This document shows, one piece after another, positions 27,824-37,064 of a DNA stretch of 53,972 bases; position 1 is the first letter of the stretch, and the number at the start of each line of letters is the position of its first letter. A program made the translations under genes and the position numbers. Source of the stretch: an uncultured archaeon (lineage in GTDB: Archaea; Iainarchaeota; Iainarchaeia; Iainarchaeales; 1-14-0-10-31-34); NCBI GenBank assembly GCA_964442255.1, contig CAYTYC010000008.1, positions 1-53,972 of the forward strand, in the 5' to 3' direction. A model generated the notes under the pieces. That model searched no databases. It saw nothing but the letters and a program-made list of their open reading frames with translations, and was not told the DNA's origin.

Positions 27824-27871
27824 GAACCTGATAACAGCCAAACCAGCCTGGGGGGGTTCGTGAAAAAATAG
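27824..27871 (+). repeat. 48-bp direct repeat, copy 2 (duplicate of the rfcL 3' end)
   Basis: Translates EPDNSQTSLGGFVKK* versus rfcL EPDKGQTSLGGFVKK*. Confidence 0.9.
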
Positions 27872-29509
27872 TCAGATTTCTGCCTCAAGAACCGAAACCT
27901 TTTGCTCCAGCCCGAAGTTCTGCAAAACCTTTTCGCTTACTTCGCCTAAAATTCCCTTTTTGTTCCCGACTGAAACCTCGGCGCACCGCCCTTCCTTGAA
28001 TGCCGGGTGCGAGGCTTTTTTCAGCGAAACCTTCAGCCCGAAAGCCAATGCGACTGCATCCAAGGCGGAGCGCACCTCGTTTATGCCTGTTTTAGAGCCG
28101 CTTAACGCAATGCACAGCGTGTTTTTTTCCTTCACCCCTGTCTCGCTTTCCGCGTCCAGTTCAACCGTTTTCCCCAGCTCAAAAATCCTTTGCGGGCAGG
28201 CTGAATGCTTGTTTTTCGCCAAAAAATCAAGCAAATCAGGGAAAACATGTTTCCTGAGCAAAGCCCAGTTCGCTGAAACAGGGTTTTCAATCTCCACAAA
28301 CTCTTCTTCCTTCAGCCCGATTTTTGTTTCCTGGCTTTCCCTTGAGGAAAGCACAAAAGTCAGCACCTCCTGCAAGCCCATGCCCACACAGGTTTCCCGC
28401 AACAAATCCAGTTCCTTTGCCTCTTTCCTTTCTTTTCCGGGAGTAAAGTCCTTCACTTCCAGGGGCCTGATTTTATTGTAGTCCATTGCAATAAGCAGGT
28501 CTTCCACCACATCCACCGGGTGAAGGATGTCGTTCCTGTAAGAAGGAAATTCAGTTAAAAGCTTTTTTCCCTGCACTCTCCCCTTCATTCTTTTCTTTGC
28601 GCACAAACTTTCCAATTCTTTTTTCTTTAATTCCATTCCCGTTATTTCCCCGATTTCCTTTAAGTTCACGGAAATTTTTCCTGTCTTAAATTCAGGCGTA
28701 TTAATTTTCTTTTTTCCATAGCTTACTTCCACTGACTCAATTTTTCCGCCCCTGTCCGCCAAAGCCATGCACACTATCTCCAAAGCGGAATTAATCAGCT
28801 CCTGCCGGAAGCCTGTAACGTCAATAAACAAGTTTCCTGTTTTTTCCGTTATTTTTCCGCTTCCCGCCGAGTTAATTATTGGGGGAAGGGAAAGAACTTC
28901 GTTTTTTTCGTCCACAAGCAACGGAAACTTTTCAAAGCCTTCAATCAGCTTCCCGTACTCTTTTCCTTTCGGGTGCTTCAACATAATTTCCCTTAAGCCC
29001 ATTGGGGAAGAAAAATCCAGCGGAATGAATTCAGTTGAAGGCTCTGCGGCAAAATACTTTACATTCCCATGCACTTTGTCAAAGTCAAATATTCCAACCG
29101 CAACCTCTTTCCTTTTCCTTCCAAACGTCAGGCAGATTTTTTCCTGCAATTGAACCATTTGCCTTATGAGCTCATCATTCACTTTCACGTTCTTCACAAC
29201 CGCGTACGCGGCCTTCGGCCTTATCCCTTTCAGCTTCAAGTCCACGGAAGCCTTTGCCCCGCTTTTCTTTACGCCGTATTTTGGAATTCCTTTTTCTTTC
29301 CCAATCTGCCCTTTTATCTCGCGTGCAATCCCTTCCGCGCTCCACAAATCAGGCCTGTTCGTGTCTTTCACATCAACTTTAACCAGGTCTCCTTCCACGG
29401 CATCCACTTCTCCCTTTGCGAAAAGCACCAATTCTTTGAACTCCGCAAGGGAAACATTTTTTCCCAGCAATTGGGAGAAATCCTTTAATGAAAGCTCAAC
29501 TGTAGGCAT
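27872..29509 (-). CDS. pheT: Phenylalanine-tRNA ligase beta subunit
   Basis: MPTVEL start, DTNRPDLWSAEG, VLSLPPIINS, PSYRNDILHPVDVVED; TAATG coupling with pheS. Confidence 0.96.
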   Translation of the reverse strand: MPTVELSLKDFSQLLGKNVSLAEFKELVLFAKGEVDAVEGDLVKVDVKDTNRPDLWSAEGIAREIKGQIGKEKGIPKYGVKKSGAKASVDLKLKGIRPKAAYAVVKNVKVNDELIRQMVQLQEKICLTFGRKRKEVAVGIFDFDKVHGNVKYFAAEPSTEFIPLDFSSPMGLREIMLKHPKGKEYGKLIEGFEKFPLLVDEKNEVLSLPPIINSAGSGKITEKTGNLFIDVTGFRQELINSALEIVCMALADRGGKIESVEVSYGKKKINTPEFKTGKISVNLKEIGEITGMELKKKELESLCAKKRMKGRVQGKKLLTEFPSYRNDILHPVDVVEDLLIAMDYNKIRPLEVKDFTPGKERKEAKELDLLRETCVGMGLQEVLTFVLSSRESQETKIGLKEEEFVEIENPVSANWALLRKHVFPDLLDFLAKNKHSACPQRIFELGKTVELDAESETGVKEKNTLCIALSGSKTGINEVRSALDAVALAFGLKVSLKKASHPAFKEGRCAEVSVGNKKGILGEVSEKVLQNFGLEQKVSVLEAEI

Positions 29510-30966
29510 TATTCTCTCACCGTTTCCGCGTTCCTCAGCCAGTCCAAATCCTGGCTGAACAGCTGCCTTATGTCCTTTATCCCAAGCTTGAACATTGCCA
29601 GCCTGTCCACGCCCAAACCCCACGCAAGCGCCCTTCCCTTTATCCCAAGGTTTTCCATTATTTCCGGCCTGAAGATTCCCGCGCCCCCGAATTCCACCCA
29701 CCCCAATTCAGGGTGCAACGCGCTGAGCTGAACCGAGGGCTCGGTGAACGGATAGTAGTCCGGGAAAAACTTCACTTTTTCAGCCCCCGCAATCTCTGCC
29801 GCAAAACTCTCCAATAACCCAAGCAAATGCCTGAAACTGTATTCCCCGACAATAAAACCCTCTAATTGATTAAACTCGATTAAATGGCTTGCGTCCACCA
29901 CATCAGGGCGAAAGCAACGTGCGACTGAAAAATATTTTCCCGGAACCTCCACTCCCTGCACAAGCTGCCTTGCGCTGTGCGCCGTTCCATGCGCCGCAGG
30001 CATAAGCCTTGAAGCAATTTCTTCGCTCCACCTGTATCCCCAGCCTTTGGAACTGCTTTTCCCGCCGTTTTCGTGCGCGGCTTTAATTGCGTTCACAATT
30101 TTTTTGCCCGGAAGCCTTCCTTTTTTGGGCTGCTTGAGCTGATAGCTTTCAGTCCAGTCCCTTGCAGGATGGTTTTGCGGCTGAAACAGCACGTCAAAAT
30201 TGTAGAATTCCTGCACAATCAGAGGGGCCGGCATTTCCCTGAACCCAAGTTCGGTGAGCCGCCTTTTCACCTGGTTCAAAAACTGGATGTATGGCTGCCT
30301 TTTTCCGATGAAAATCCTTGGAACCGGGTCAGCCAGATTATAGCTTCTTTTCCCGACCTTTATTTCCCTTGCCTGTTTTCCCAGTTCCGTAACCGAAGCA
30401 AACCCCTTGCTTACGTCCTTCACTTTAATGAAGTCCGGCCTTTTGTTCAGGGACTTTAAAACCTTTTTTTCTTCCTTGTCCAGTTTTTCGGACCCTAACT
30501 CCAGCCCGGAAATTTTTTCCAGCAATTTTTCTTCATCTGTTTTTTCCGGAAAGCTTTTTTCCGGGTTAACTTTTATGGTTACCTTTTCTTTGTCCTTTTG
30601 CATTATGATTAGCGCCTGGTTGTTCATCGGCCCCAGCACCGCGTTCAGTTCCTTTGGGGAGAGGCCCCTTATTTCTTTTAGTCCTGTGCCTCCTTTTTCT
30701 TCAAGCTCTTTTAACAGCCTTCTTTCAGGCATTCCTTCCTCAAGCGCTTTCATTCCTTTTTCTCCAAGCGAAATCCGTTCGCTTTTTTCAGTGCGCAGAT
30801 TGCATAACCCTTTTTCTTTCAGCCACTGCACCGCCCTCCGCACACTATCCAGGTCAACACCGCTTTTTTCGCTTAACTCCTGCAGCGGCAGCTCTTTCTC
30901 TTCCAATGCGGAAAGCGTTTTTCTTTCAATTTCGCTTAACTCCGAAGCGATTTTTTTCACATCCAT
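29509..30966 (-). CDS. pheS: Phenylalanine-tRNA ligase alpha subunit (archaeal type)
   Basis: NFDVLFQPQNHPARD, FRPDVVDASHLIEFNQLEG, YYPFTEPS, AWGLGVDRLAM. Confidence 0.97.
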   Translation of the reverse strand: MDVKKIASELSEIERKTLSALEEKELPLQELSEKSGVDLDSVRRAVQWLKEKGLCNLRTEKSERISLGEKGMKALEEGMPERRLLKELEEKGGTGLKEIRGLSPKELNAVLGPMNNQALIIMQKDKEKVTIKVNPEKSFPEKTDEEKLLEKISGLELGSEKLDKEEKKVLKSLNKRPDFIKVKDVSKGFASVTELGKQAREIKVGKRSYNLADPVPRIFIGKRQPYIQFLNQVKRRLTELGFREMPAPLIVQEFYNFDVLFQPQNHPARDWTESYQLKQPKKGRLPGKKIVNAIKAAHENGGKSSSKGWGYRWSEEIASRLMPAAHGTAHSARQLVQGVEVPGKYFSVARCFRPDVVDASHLIEFNQLEGFIVGEYSFRHLLGLLESFAAEIAGAEKVKFFPDYYPFTEPSVQLSALHPELGWVEFGGAGIFRPEIMENLGIKGRALAWGLGVDRLAMFKLGIKDIRQLFSQDLDWLRNAETVRE

Positions 30967-31163
30967 TTAATTTTCTCCACTTATCCTTTATTTTTTGATT
31001 TATTTAACTTTCTTTCAAGCCCTATTTTTTTTACGGTGTGTCACATTAACTCCTGCCCATCTCCTTCTGCTCGGCTTTCCGCCCGTGTGTTTTGAGGGAA
31101 ACGTTGTGAGCCCGCTTTTTTTGAATCCTGCTTTTCCCGCATCTTTTTTCACCCCATCATACA

Positions 31164-31367
31164 TTACCTTTCCATCCGGTGTCTCTTTTTTGATTTTATC
31201 CTCTTTAACCCTATTTCTTCCCTTAGATCATCCATTTTTTTTCCCAGATGCGATTCCCTGGTCTTGTCCTGGTGGGTTGTTCCAAACCACCCTCTGTTTG
31301 GGCGTGACCTTTTTTTTCTCGGGTTGAACAGCCCTTCCCTGTGTTTTTTCGGAGTTTTCCTCGGCAT
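31164..31367 (-). CDS. Small basic hypothetical protein
   Basis: MPRKTPKKH..., K/R-rich; GTGAGGA SD-like sequence upstream. Confidence 0.4.
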   Translation of the reverse strand: MPRKTPKKHREGLFNPRKKRSRPNRGWFGTTHQDKTRESHLGKKMDDLREEIGLKRIKSKKRHRMER

Positions 31368-31419
31368 AATCCTCACAAACAATTACTTAAAAAGCCTTTA
31401 ATAATACTTTTCCTTTTGC

Positions 31420-31797
31420 ATGCAGGAATTTGTGATGGATTCTCCGGTTATATTGAACAACTTTAATTTCTCTTTTTCGGATGAAGAAAAGTATTTCACA
31501 ACAAATGAAGTATTGGATGAAATAAAGGATTTGAGGAGCAGGCAGCTGGCTGAAGCCGGCTTAAGGCAGGGGCAGCTGGAGTTAAGGGCTCCACCGGAAG
31601 AAGCCCTCCAAAAGGCGGTTTCAGAGGCAAAAAGGCTTAAACTGGACAGAAAGCTTTCCAAAGCGGATTTCTCTGTTCTGGCTTTGGCGATGGGCATCAA
31701 AAAGCCTTTGCTCACAGACGACATTCACTTACAGAAAATGTGCCTGTATTTGGGGCTGGAGTTTGACTCAATTTTCAGGGAACGAATTGAGCACTGA
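31420..31797 (+). CDS. Short NOB1-like PIN-domain protein
   Basis: FVMDS, FTTNEVLDEIKD, LSKADFSVLALA, LLTDD. Confidence 0.8.
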   Translation: MQEFVMDSPVILNNFNFSFSDEEKYFTTNEVLDEIKDLRSRQLAEAGLRQGQLELRAPPEEALQKAVSEAKRLKLDRKLSKADFSVLALAMGIKKPLLTDDIHLQKMCLYLGLEFDSIFRERIEH

Positions 31798-31829
31798 ACT
31801 TAAAAAAGCTTATGTATAAGTAACTTTGT

Positions 31830-32078
31830 ATGGGCCACTGGTTTTTTGCAACAGTTGTCGTGTTTGTTGGGGTGATTTTCCTCTTCCAGTCGGTTGGGGC
31901 AAGCGGCTCCATTTTCCCGGATTTTGCGGAAGACTTTCTTACAAGCATTTTTAGCTACGGGTTGTGGGCGTTTTTGGAGTACGTGTACAGTTTTTTCAGC
32001 TGGTTTTTTTCCGTGTTCTGGCCGGCGATACTAATTTATTTGGGTTACCTTTACTGGAAAAGCAACGGAAAAAAATAG
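31830..32078 (+). CDS. Small membrane protein
   Basis: Two hydrophobic segments; FWPAILIYLG. Confidence 0.65.
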   Translation: MGHWFFATVVVFVGVIFLFQSVGASGSIFPDFAEDFLTSIFSYGLWAFLEYVYSFFSWFFSVFWPAILIYLGYLYWKSNGKK

Positions 32079-32081
32079 CCT

Positions 32082-32876
32082 TCAGTCTATTTCAATGTCA
32101 ATGTCTTCTTCCTGTTCTGCCTCAATTTTTGAGTGCTCCACTATATAGTTTTCAATTCTCGCGGAAATGCTTTGCCTTTTGGAGTAAGCAATGAGCGCAA
32201 GAACCGCCAGCGAAACTATGACCACTGCAAGCTCCCTGCTTTGCAGCAACTCCAGCAAAAACCTGCTTGTGTCCACCGGCCCGGCAATGGGCTTCGGGAT
32301 GGAGGCAGTCAGCCTAAGCCCGGTTGCAACCGTCCCGGGAGGCCATTCAATTATGTTTCCCTCAACCCACCTTCCGGGAGTGAAGGGCTCCTGGATTGAG
32401 GCGTTTGCGGGAAACGAAAACTCTATGGAAGTGTTGTCCGGGACAATAAGGTTTCCCGCTGAAATGAATTCATTGAATGCCGTTGGGTTGATGTTCATGT
32501 TGGTTGTCCTTGGGGCGTCCTCCGGCAAAAAAACGCTTCCCCCAGCCGCCGTATCATAGTTCAGCCGCACATAATACTGCCCTGTCCGGTTCACTGAAAC
32601 TGTTTTGTTTTCAGCGGTTTTCCTGTTCCCTATGTGCACGCTTATCCCTTCATTGTATGCCTCCCATGCCGCAAGGCTTGATCCGTTTATTTCCGCCTGC
32701 GAATTGAAGGTGTTCCTGTCCTCCACATCCGAAAACCTTATGAAGTAATCCTCTGAAACATCCGCCGAGCCGTCCGGCGTCACGTTTATTCCAATTTCGT
32801 GCCTCACTATTTCAAACCCGCAAGCAAAGGACGCAAAGAAAATCAGCGCAACCGCGATAACGGGGGTTTTGTTCAT
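32082..32876 (-). CDS. Exported protein with a C-terminal TM anchor
   Basis: N-terminal signal peptide, beta-rich ectodomain, C-terminal TM segment and acidic tail. Confidence 0.75.
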   Translation of the reverse strand: MNKTPVIAVALIFFASFACGFEIVRHEIGINVTPDGSADVSEDYFIRFSDVEDRNTFNSQAEINGSSLAAWEAYNEGISVHIGNRKTAENKTVSVNRTGQYYVRLNYDTAAGGSVFLPEDAPRTTNMNINPTAFNEFISAGNLIVPDNTSIEFSFPANASIQEPFTPGRWVEGNIIEWPPGTVATGLRLTASIPKPIAGPVDTSRFLLELLQSRELAVVIVSLAVLALIAYSKRQSISARIENYIVEHSKIEAEQEEDIDIEID

Positions 32877-32991
32877 TTTATTTCTCCCATATAAATTGTG
32901 CTGAACCCTATTTATTGTTTTTCTTTTTGCTTGTGTGCTGCAGGAAAAAGCTTAAATTCCAGGATTACCTATTGGTAACCGGAGATTGAAG

Positions 32992-33675
32992 ATGGTGGAA
33001 ATCCTTTACCTTGGGCACTCGGGATTCAAGATAAGTTTTCCCAGCGCAAACGTCCTTGTGGACCCTTTCCTGAAAAGCCCGGAAGACGGGAAAAGAATGG
33101 AGGCGTCCCCCTTTAAGGGAAAAGACCTCCGTGGCATCGCCTTAATACTGGTGACGCATGAACACTTTGACCACTTTGAAAAGGAAACAATTGAGGAGAT
33201 TGCCTCCAGGGACAACGCAATGGTTGTCTCCCATGAAAGCGTTCTGCAAAAGCTTTCCCTTCCATCAAACCGCCTTAAGCCAGTGAATGCAGGGGACAAG
33301 CTCGGCCTCATGAAAGTCAACATTGAGGCCGTTGCGGTGCACCATCCGCATTCCTTTTACCCCCTTGGCTTTTTGCTTGACGAAGGCAAAGAAAAAATTT
33401 TCCACGCCGGAGACGCCTCCTTAACCGACAATTTCTCCAAAATCAGGGCAAACGTGGCTTTGCTTCCCATTGGCGGAAAGTTCACAATGGACTGCGTGGA
33501 CGGGGTGCGCGCGACAAAATCACTTAAGCCTGATTACGTTGTGCCCATGCATTACAACACATTTGAGCAAATCAAATGCAATCCCGAAGAATTCAGGGAA
33601 CGCATTGACAAATCCATCCTGAAAACCCTTCCGGTAATATTAAAACCCGGGCAAAGCCATAACTTCAAGTTTTAG
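32992..33675 (+). CDS. MBL-fold metal-dependent hydrolase (UPF0173-like)
   Basis: YLGHSGF, LVDPF, THEHFDH, FHAGD, LPIGG, VPMHY. Confidence 0.93.
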   Translation: MVEILYLGHSGFKISFPSANVLVDPFLKSPEDGKRMEASPFKGKDLRGIALILVTHEHFDHFEKETIEEIASRDNAMVVSHESVLQKLSLPSNRLKPVNAGDKLGLMKVNIEAVAVHHPHSFYPLGFLLDEGKEKIFHAGDASLTDNFSKIRANVALLPIGGKFTMDCVDGVRATKSLKPDYVVPMHYNTFEQIKCNPEEFRERIDKSILKTLPVILKPGQSHNFKF

Positions 33676-33836
33676 AAACTTTTCAAAAAAGTTTCATCAA
33701 AACAAACTTTTTTCCAAAAAGTTTGATCAAAAAGGGCCGCCTTCGGCAAGCGGCTTACGCCATGCGGCTTCGCCGTTGACGGAAAATTGACGCCCGTATC
33801 AGGAAAACCCCGCACTTCAGTGCGGGGAGGACGCCA
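33676..33836. repeat. Palindromic repeat family B with an IS200/IS605-like right end
   Basis: Two AAACTTTT...AAAAGTTT hairpins, core GCCTTCGGCAAGCGGCTTACGCCATGCGGCTTCGCC, terminal CCCCGCACTTCAGTGCGGGGAGGACGCCA; homologous to 6533-6701. Confidence 0.85.
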
Positions 33837-33841
33837 TTTCC

Positions 33842-34309
33842 CTAATTCAGGGCCCATATCCCGTAATTCAATGCGGAGGCAATGCTGACCCACGCCAAAT
33901 ACGGGAGCATCAAATAAGCTGCTTTTTTTGAAACCCTGTAAAAAAGAATGGTTGCTGCGAGAATTGAAATCCACAAAACAATTATTTCAGCGAACGCGAG
34001 GAAAGGGTTTCTCAGCCCAAAAAACAAAACAGACCACAACGCATTTAACCCAAGCTGCAAAAAGAAAACCCCTGCTGCGGGCTTAACCTTTTCCGTGTTC
34101 AGCCCTTTTTCCCACACAAGGTAGAGCGCCAGCCCCATCAGAGTGTACAGCGTAATCCACACCGGCGCAAAAACCCAGTTTGGAGGCGCAAAAAAAGGCT
34201 TTTGGAGTGAAGCATACCATCCGGGGATTGCGGGGGAAGTGAACACACTTCCTATCACTCCTGCAAGCTGGCAAACAAGTATTGCCGCAATTAATTTCAA
34301 TGCATTCAT
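33842..34309 (-). CDS. tspO: TspO/MBR family tryptophan-rich sensory protein
   Basis: WYASLQKPFFAPPNWVFAPVW, LNALWSVLFFG, PYLAWV. Confidence 0.95.
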   Translation of the reverse strand: MNALKLIAAILVCQLAGVIGSVFTSPAIPGWYASLQKPFFAPPNWVFAPVWITLYTLMGLALYLVWEKGLNTEKVKPAAGVFFLQLGLNALWSVLFFGLRNPFLAFAEIIVLWISILAATILFYRVSKKAAYLMLPYLAWVSIASALNYGIWALN

Positions 34310-35211
34310 TTCACTTCAACCTGCATTAAATCCTCTGCCACCGTGCTTTCAGCAAAAACTGTGCGCGCCTCGTTCTCGAATTTCTGGGAATCCTTCTGCC
34401 TTGCGCTCAAATGCGTCAAAAAAAGTTTCCCGCATTCCGCTTTTTTCGCGATTTCCGCGGCCTGTTTTGCGGTTGAATGGAAGGTCTGCTTTGCCCTTGC
34501 CCTGTGTTCCTCCAAAAAAGTGGACTCGTGCACCAATACGTCCGATTCGTGGATGAATTTAATGCAGCTGTTCAATGGAAGCGTGTCAGGCACAATTGAA
34601 ACCTTTTTGCCGATTTTTTTCTTGCCTGCATCCAAAACCATTTCCGGGGAAAAAGTTTTTCCTTTGACTTTCACTTTTTCGCCTTTCTGGAGCCTGCTGA
34701 ACAAAGGCCCCTCGGGAATGCCTAATTCCAGCGCCTTTTTCCTGTTGAATTTTCCCAGTGAATCCTTTTCCTTGAACACGTAGCCGTAACAGGGAACCTC
34801 ATGCTTTGCCTTGAAAGCGGTTACATTGAAGGTTTCCCTCTCTTCTACCAAACCTTCCTTGACCTCTTTTGCAAGAATTTCAAAGTTCACATTTAACATG
34901 CTTAACTCAAGCGCCTGCTTAACCTTTTCTTTCACTCCCTTTGGCCCGAAAACCTTTAGGGGATAGTCCCTTTGGTGCATGCTCATCGTGGCAAGCAAAC
35001 CCGGCAGCCCGAGAATGTGGTCTCCGTGAAAGTGGCTCAAAAAAATGTGCGAAATCTTCAGGTAGGATACCTTTGCGTGCATCATCTGCCTTTGGGTTCC
35101 CTCAGGGCAGTCAAACAAATAGTTGAATCCGTTGAAGTTCAGGTTCACGCTTGAAAGGTTTCTTTCCTTTGAGGGAGTGGAAGCGCCTGTCCCCAAAAAA
35201 GTCAGCTTCAT
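34306..35211 (-). CDS. rnz: Ribonuclease Z
   Basis: FLGTGAS, DCPEGTQ, SHFHGDH, exosite GIPEGPLF, HEST, HST, THLSAR. Confidence 0.96.
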   Translation of the reverse strand: MKLTFLGTGASTPSKERNLSSVNLNFNGFNYLFDCPEGTQRQMMHAKVSYLKISHIFLSHFHGDHILGLPGLLATMSMHQRDYPLKVFGPKGVKEKVKQALELSMLNVNFEILAKEVKEGLVEERETFNVTAFKAKHEVPCYGYVFKEKDSLGKFNRKKALELGIPEGPLFSRLQKGEKVKVKGKTFSPEMVLDAGKKKIGKKVSIVPDTLPLNSCIKFIHESDVLVHESTFLEEHRARAKQTFHSTAKQAAEIAKKAECGKLFLTHLSARQKDSQKFENEARTVFAESTVAEDLMQVEVK

Positions 35212-35570
35212 TTTTTTTCCTCCGCCATGCGGTTTATTTCCCGGATTATCCTGTCCGCAAGTTCCGCGATTTCTTGACAGTTGTAAGTGTTTCCTTTTGC
35301 CGCAAGCAGCACTTCAGACCATCGCTTTGGATGCTGTTTAGTTAATGCCTCCATAATCATCCTCTCAACATATTCATTTAATTTTTCGCCTTCCTTCGAC
35401 CTGAAGCCGGGTTCTTTTTTCCTGTTCCCATATGCGGTTATTATTGCTTTTTGAAGCCCTGGCGAACGAAGCTCCAAAAGGATTTGCTTTTCCATTGGCG
35501 TGCGCCTGAAAAAACCCATTAATTTTACGGCACCGGATTTGATCGCTTTCAAAATTCTCCGCATTTGCAC
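35208..35570 (-). CDS. Hypothetical protein
   Basis: 120-aa ORF with ATGA coupling to rnz. Confidence 0.6.
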   Translation of the reverse strand: MQMRRILKAIKSGAVKLMGFFRRTPMEKQILLELRSPGLQKAIITAYGNRKKEPGFRSKEGEKLNEYVERMIMEALTKQHPKRWSEVLLAAKGNTYNCQEIAELADRIIREINRMAEEKK

Positions 35571-35629
35571 CAGACTTTCCTAACTTAAACCAAGTTCTTT
35601 TAAATACTTAATTTTATAAGCATTCTAAT

Positions 35630-36664
35630 ATGAAAGAAAATAAAAAAGCGCGGGAAAGCCTTCCTTCAGGCGAATTCGATTCAACCGCCGAATTAAAGGT
35701 GCCCAAAAAGCTGATTGACCAGGTGGTGGGGCAGGAAAAGGCCGTGGAAATAACCCGAAAAGCCGCCGCGCAAAAAAGAAACGTGCTGCTTATCTGCACT
35801 CCCGGAACGGGAAAATCAATGCTTGCGCAGGCAATGGCGGAAATCCTTCCCTTAAGCCAGTTGAATGATTTGCTTGTTTACCCGAATGAATCCGACCCCA
35901 ACAACCCAAAAGTGAGGACAGTGAAGGCGGGTGAAGGAAAAAAAATCGTCCAGCAGACCAGGACTGACGCGCAGGCACAGGAAAACAACACCCGCCTGCT
36001 CGGCTTCATCCTTCCATTGGGCTGGTTTATTTTAAGCATGGTAATCTGGCAGCTTGGCTGGATTTCCGACATCATCTACGCAGCCACACTGATTTTAGGC
36101 GGTTTTTTGGTTGTGGGGTTTGCGCTTGGCACCCAGTTCAGGAGCAAGGCCTCCGGGCAAAGCCCGAAACTTTTGGTTGACAATTCCGGGAAGAAAACCG
36201 CGCCATTCATTGAAGGCACAGGCGCAAGGGCAGGCGCATTGCTCGGGGACGTGAGGCATGACCCGCTCCAGTGCCATTCTGGCTTTAACTCGCTCCTTGT
36301 TCAGAATGGGGAAAACTTTGAGGAAAAGCCTTTTGCAGAGCTTTGGGATGAGATGCATGAAAAATACGGAAAAGAGATTATAAGAAATGAGAAAGGCTAT
36401 GAAGCAATAATGCTGCCTCCGGAGGAAAAGGTTTTCACTTTGGGTTACAAGGACGGCAAGGTTGTTGTGTCCAGAATTCTTTCACTTAACAGGCAGCCCT
36501 TTGAGGGAAAAATGGTTGACTTAAAGGTTGGCGCCAAAACAGTTTCCCTCACGCCTGAACACAAAATTGACACAGCCCAGGGAACAAAGGAAGCGGAAAA
36601 AGTCTCCGAAAAAGACGGGCTGATTAAATTAGTGAAGCATGAGATAGCCAGGATTTTTAATTGA
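35630..36664 (+). CDS. lonB: LonB protease N-terminal half (Walker A and membrane anchor) fused to a 130-aa N-intein
   Basis: LIDQVVGQE, TPGTGKSM, two TM helices, GALLGDVRHDPLQ, then intein Cys1 at 36272 and block B SLTPEHKI; ends in TGA. Confidence 0.93.
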   Translation: MKENKKARESLPSGEFDSTAELKVPKKLIDQVVGQEKAVEITRKAAAQKRNVLLICTPGTGKSMLAQAMAEILPLSQLNDLLVYPNESDPNNPKVRTVKAGEGKKIVQQTRTDAQAQENNTRLLGFILPLGWFILSMVIWQLGWISDIIYAATLILGGFLVVGFALGTQFRSKASGQSPKLLVDNSGKKTAPFIEGTGARAGALLGDVRHDPLQCHSGFNSLLVQNGENFEEKPFAELWDEMHEKYGKEIIRNEKGYEAIMLPPEEKVFTLGYKDGKVVVSRILSLNRQPFEGKMVDLKVGAKTVSLTPEHKIDTAQGTKEAEKVSEKDGLIKLVKHEIARIFN

Positions 36665-36792
36665 AACTCTCTACTTTTGGTCTCACCTGATTTTGCGCTG
36701 ATTCAGTTTCTTCATAACTTTTGGGTGCCCAGAAGCTATTTTACGAAGGACATTAATTCGGGATAATACGCCCGGTGAGGAGGAAATAAAGT

Positions 36793-36879
36793 ATAGCAAA
36801 TGACATAAATATTTAGCCAAAAAATGGTCATTTGCTATCTATCGGGTGACAATAAATGTCCAAAAACTAATGTCACCCG
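36793..36879. repeat. Two adjacent inverted repeats with similar loops
   Basis: ATAGCAAATGAC-22 nt-GTCATTTGCTAT and CGGGTGACA-19 nt-TGTCACCCG; both loops start ATAAAT and contain CCAAAAA. Confidence 0.7.
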
Positions 36880-37064
36880 CTGTATATTAAAGAACTGGCT
36901 GAATCCTGTCCGGAAGAACTGGACGGAAGGCAAATGTGGATTTTGCGGGAATTCATTGAGGAGGGATTCAAATGAATCCTTCTCTTTCTTCCTTCACAGG
37001 AAATGTGCCCCCCTCCAAAAGCGAGTTAAAAACCAAAAAACAATAGTGCAATGTGAGGGGTTGG

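Noticed and set aside
31016..31367. Possible -1 frameshift at A AAA AAG extending the small basic ORF to about 31016
   Set aside because: A6G runs are very common in this A-rich genome and neither part has a recognisable domain.
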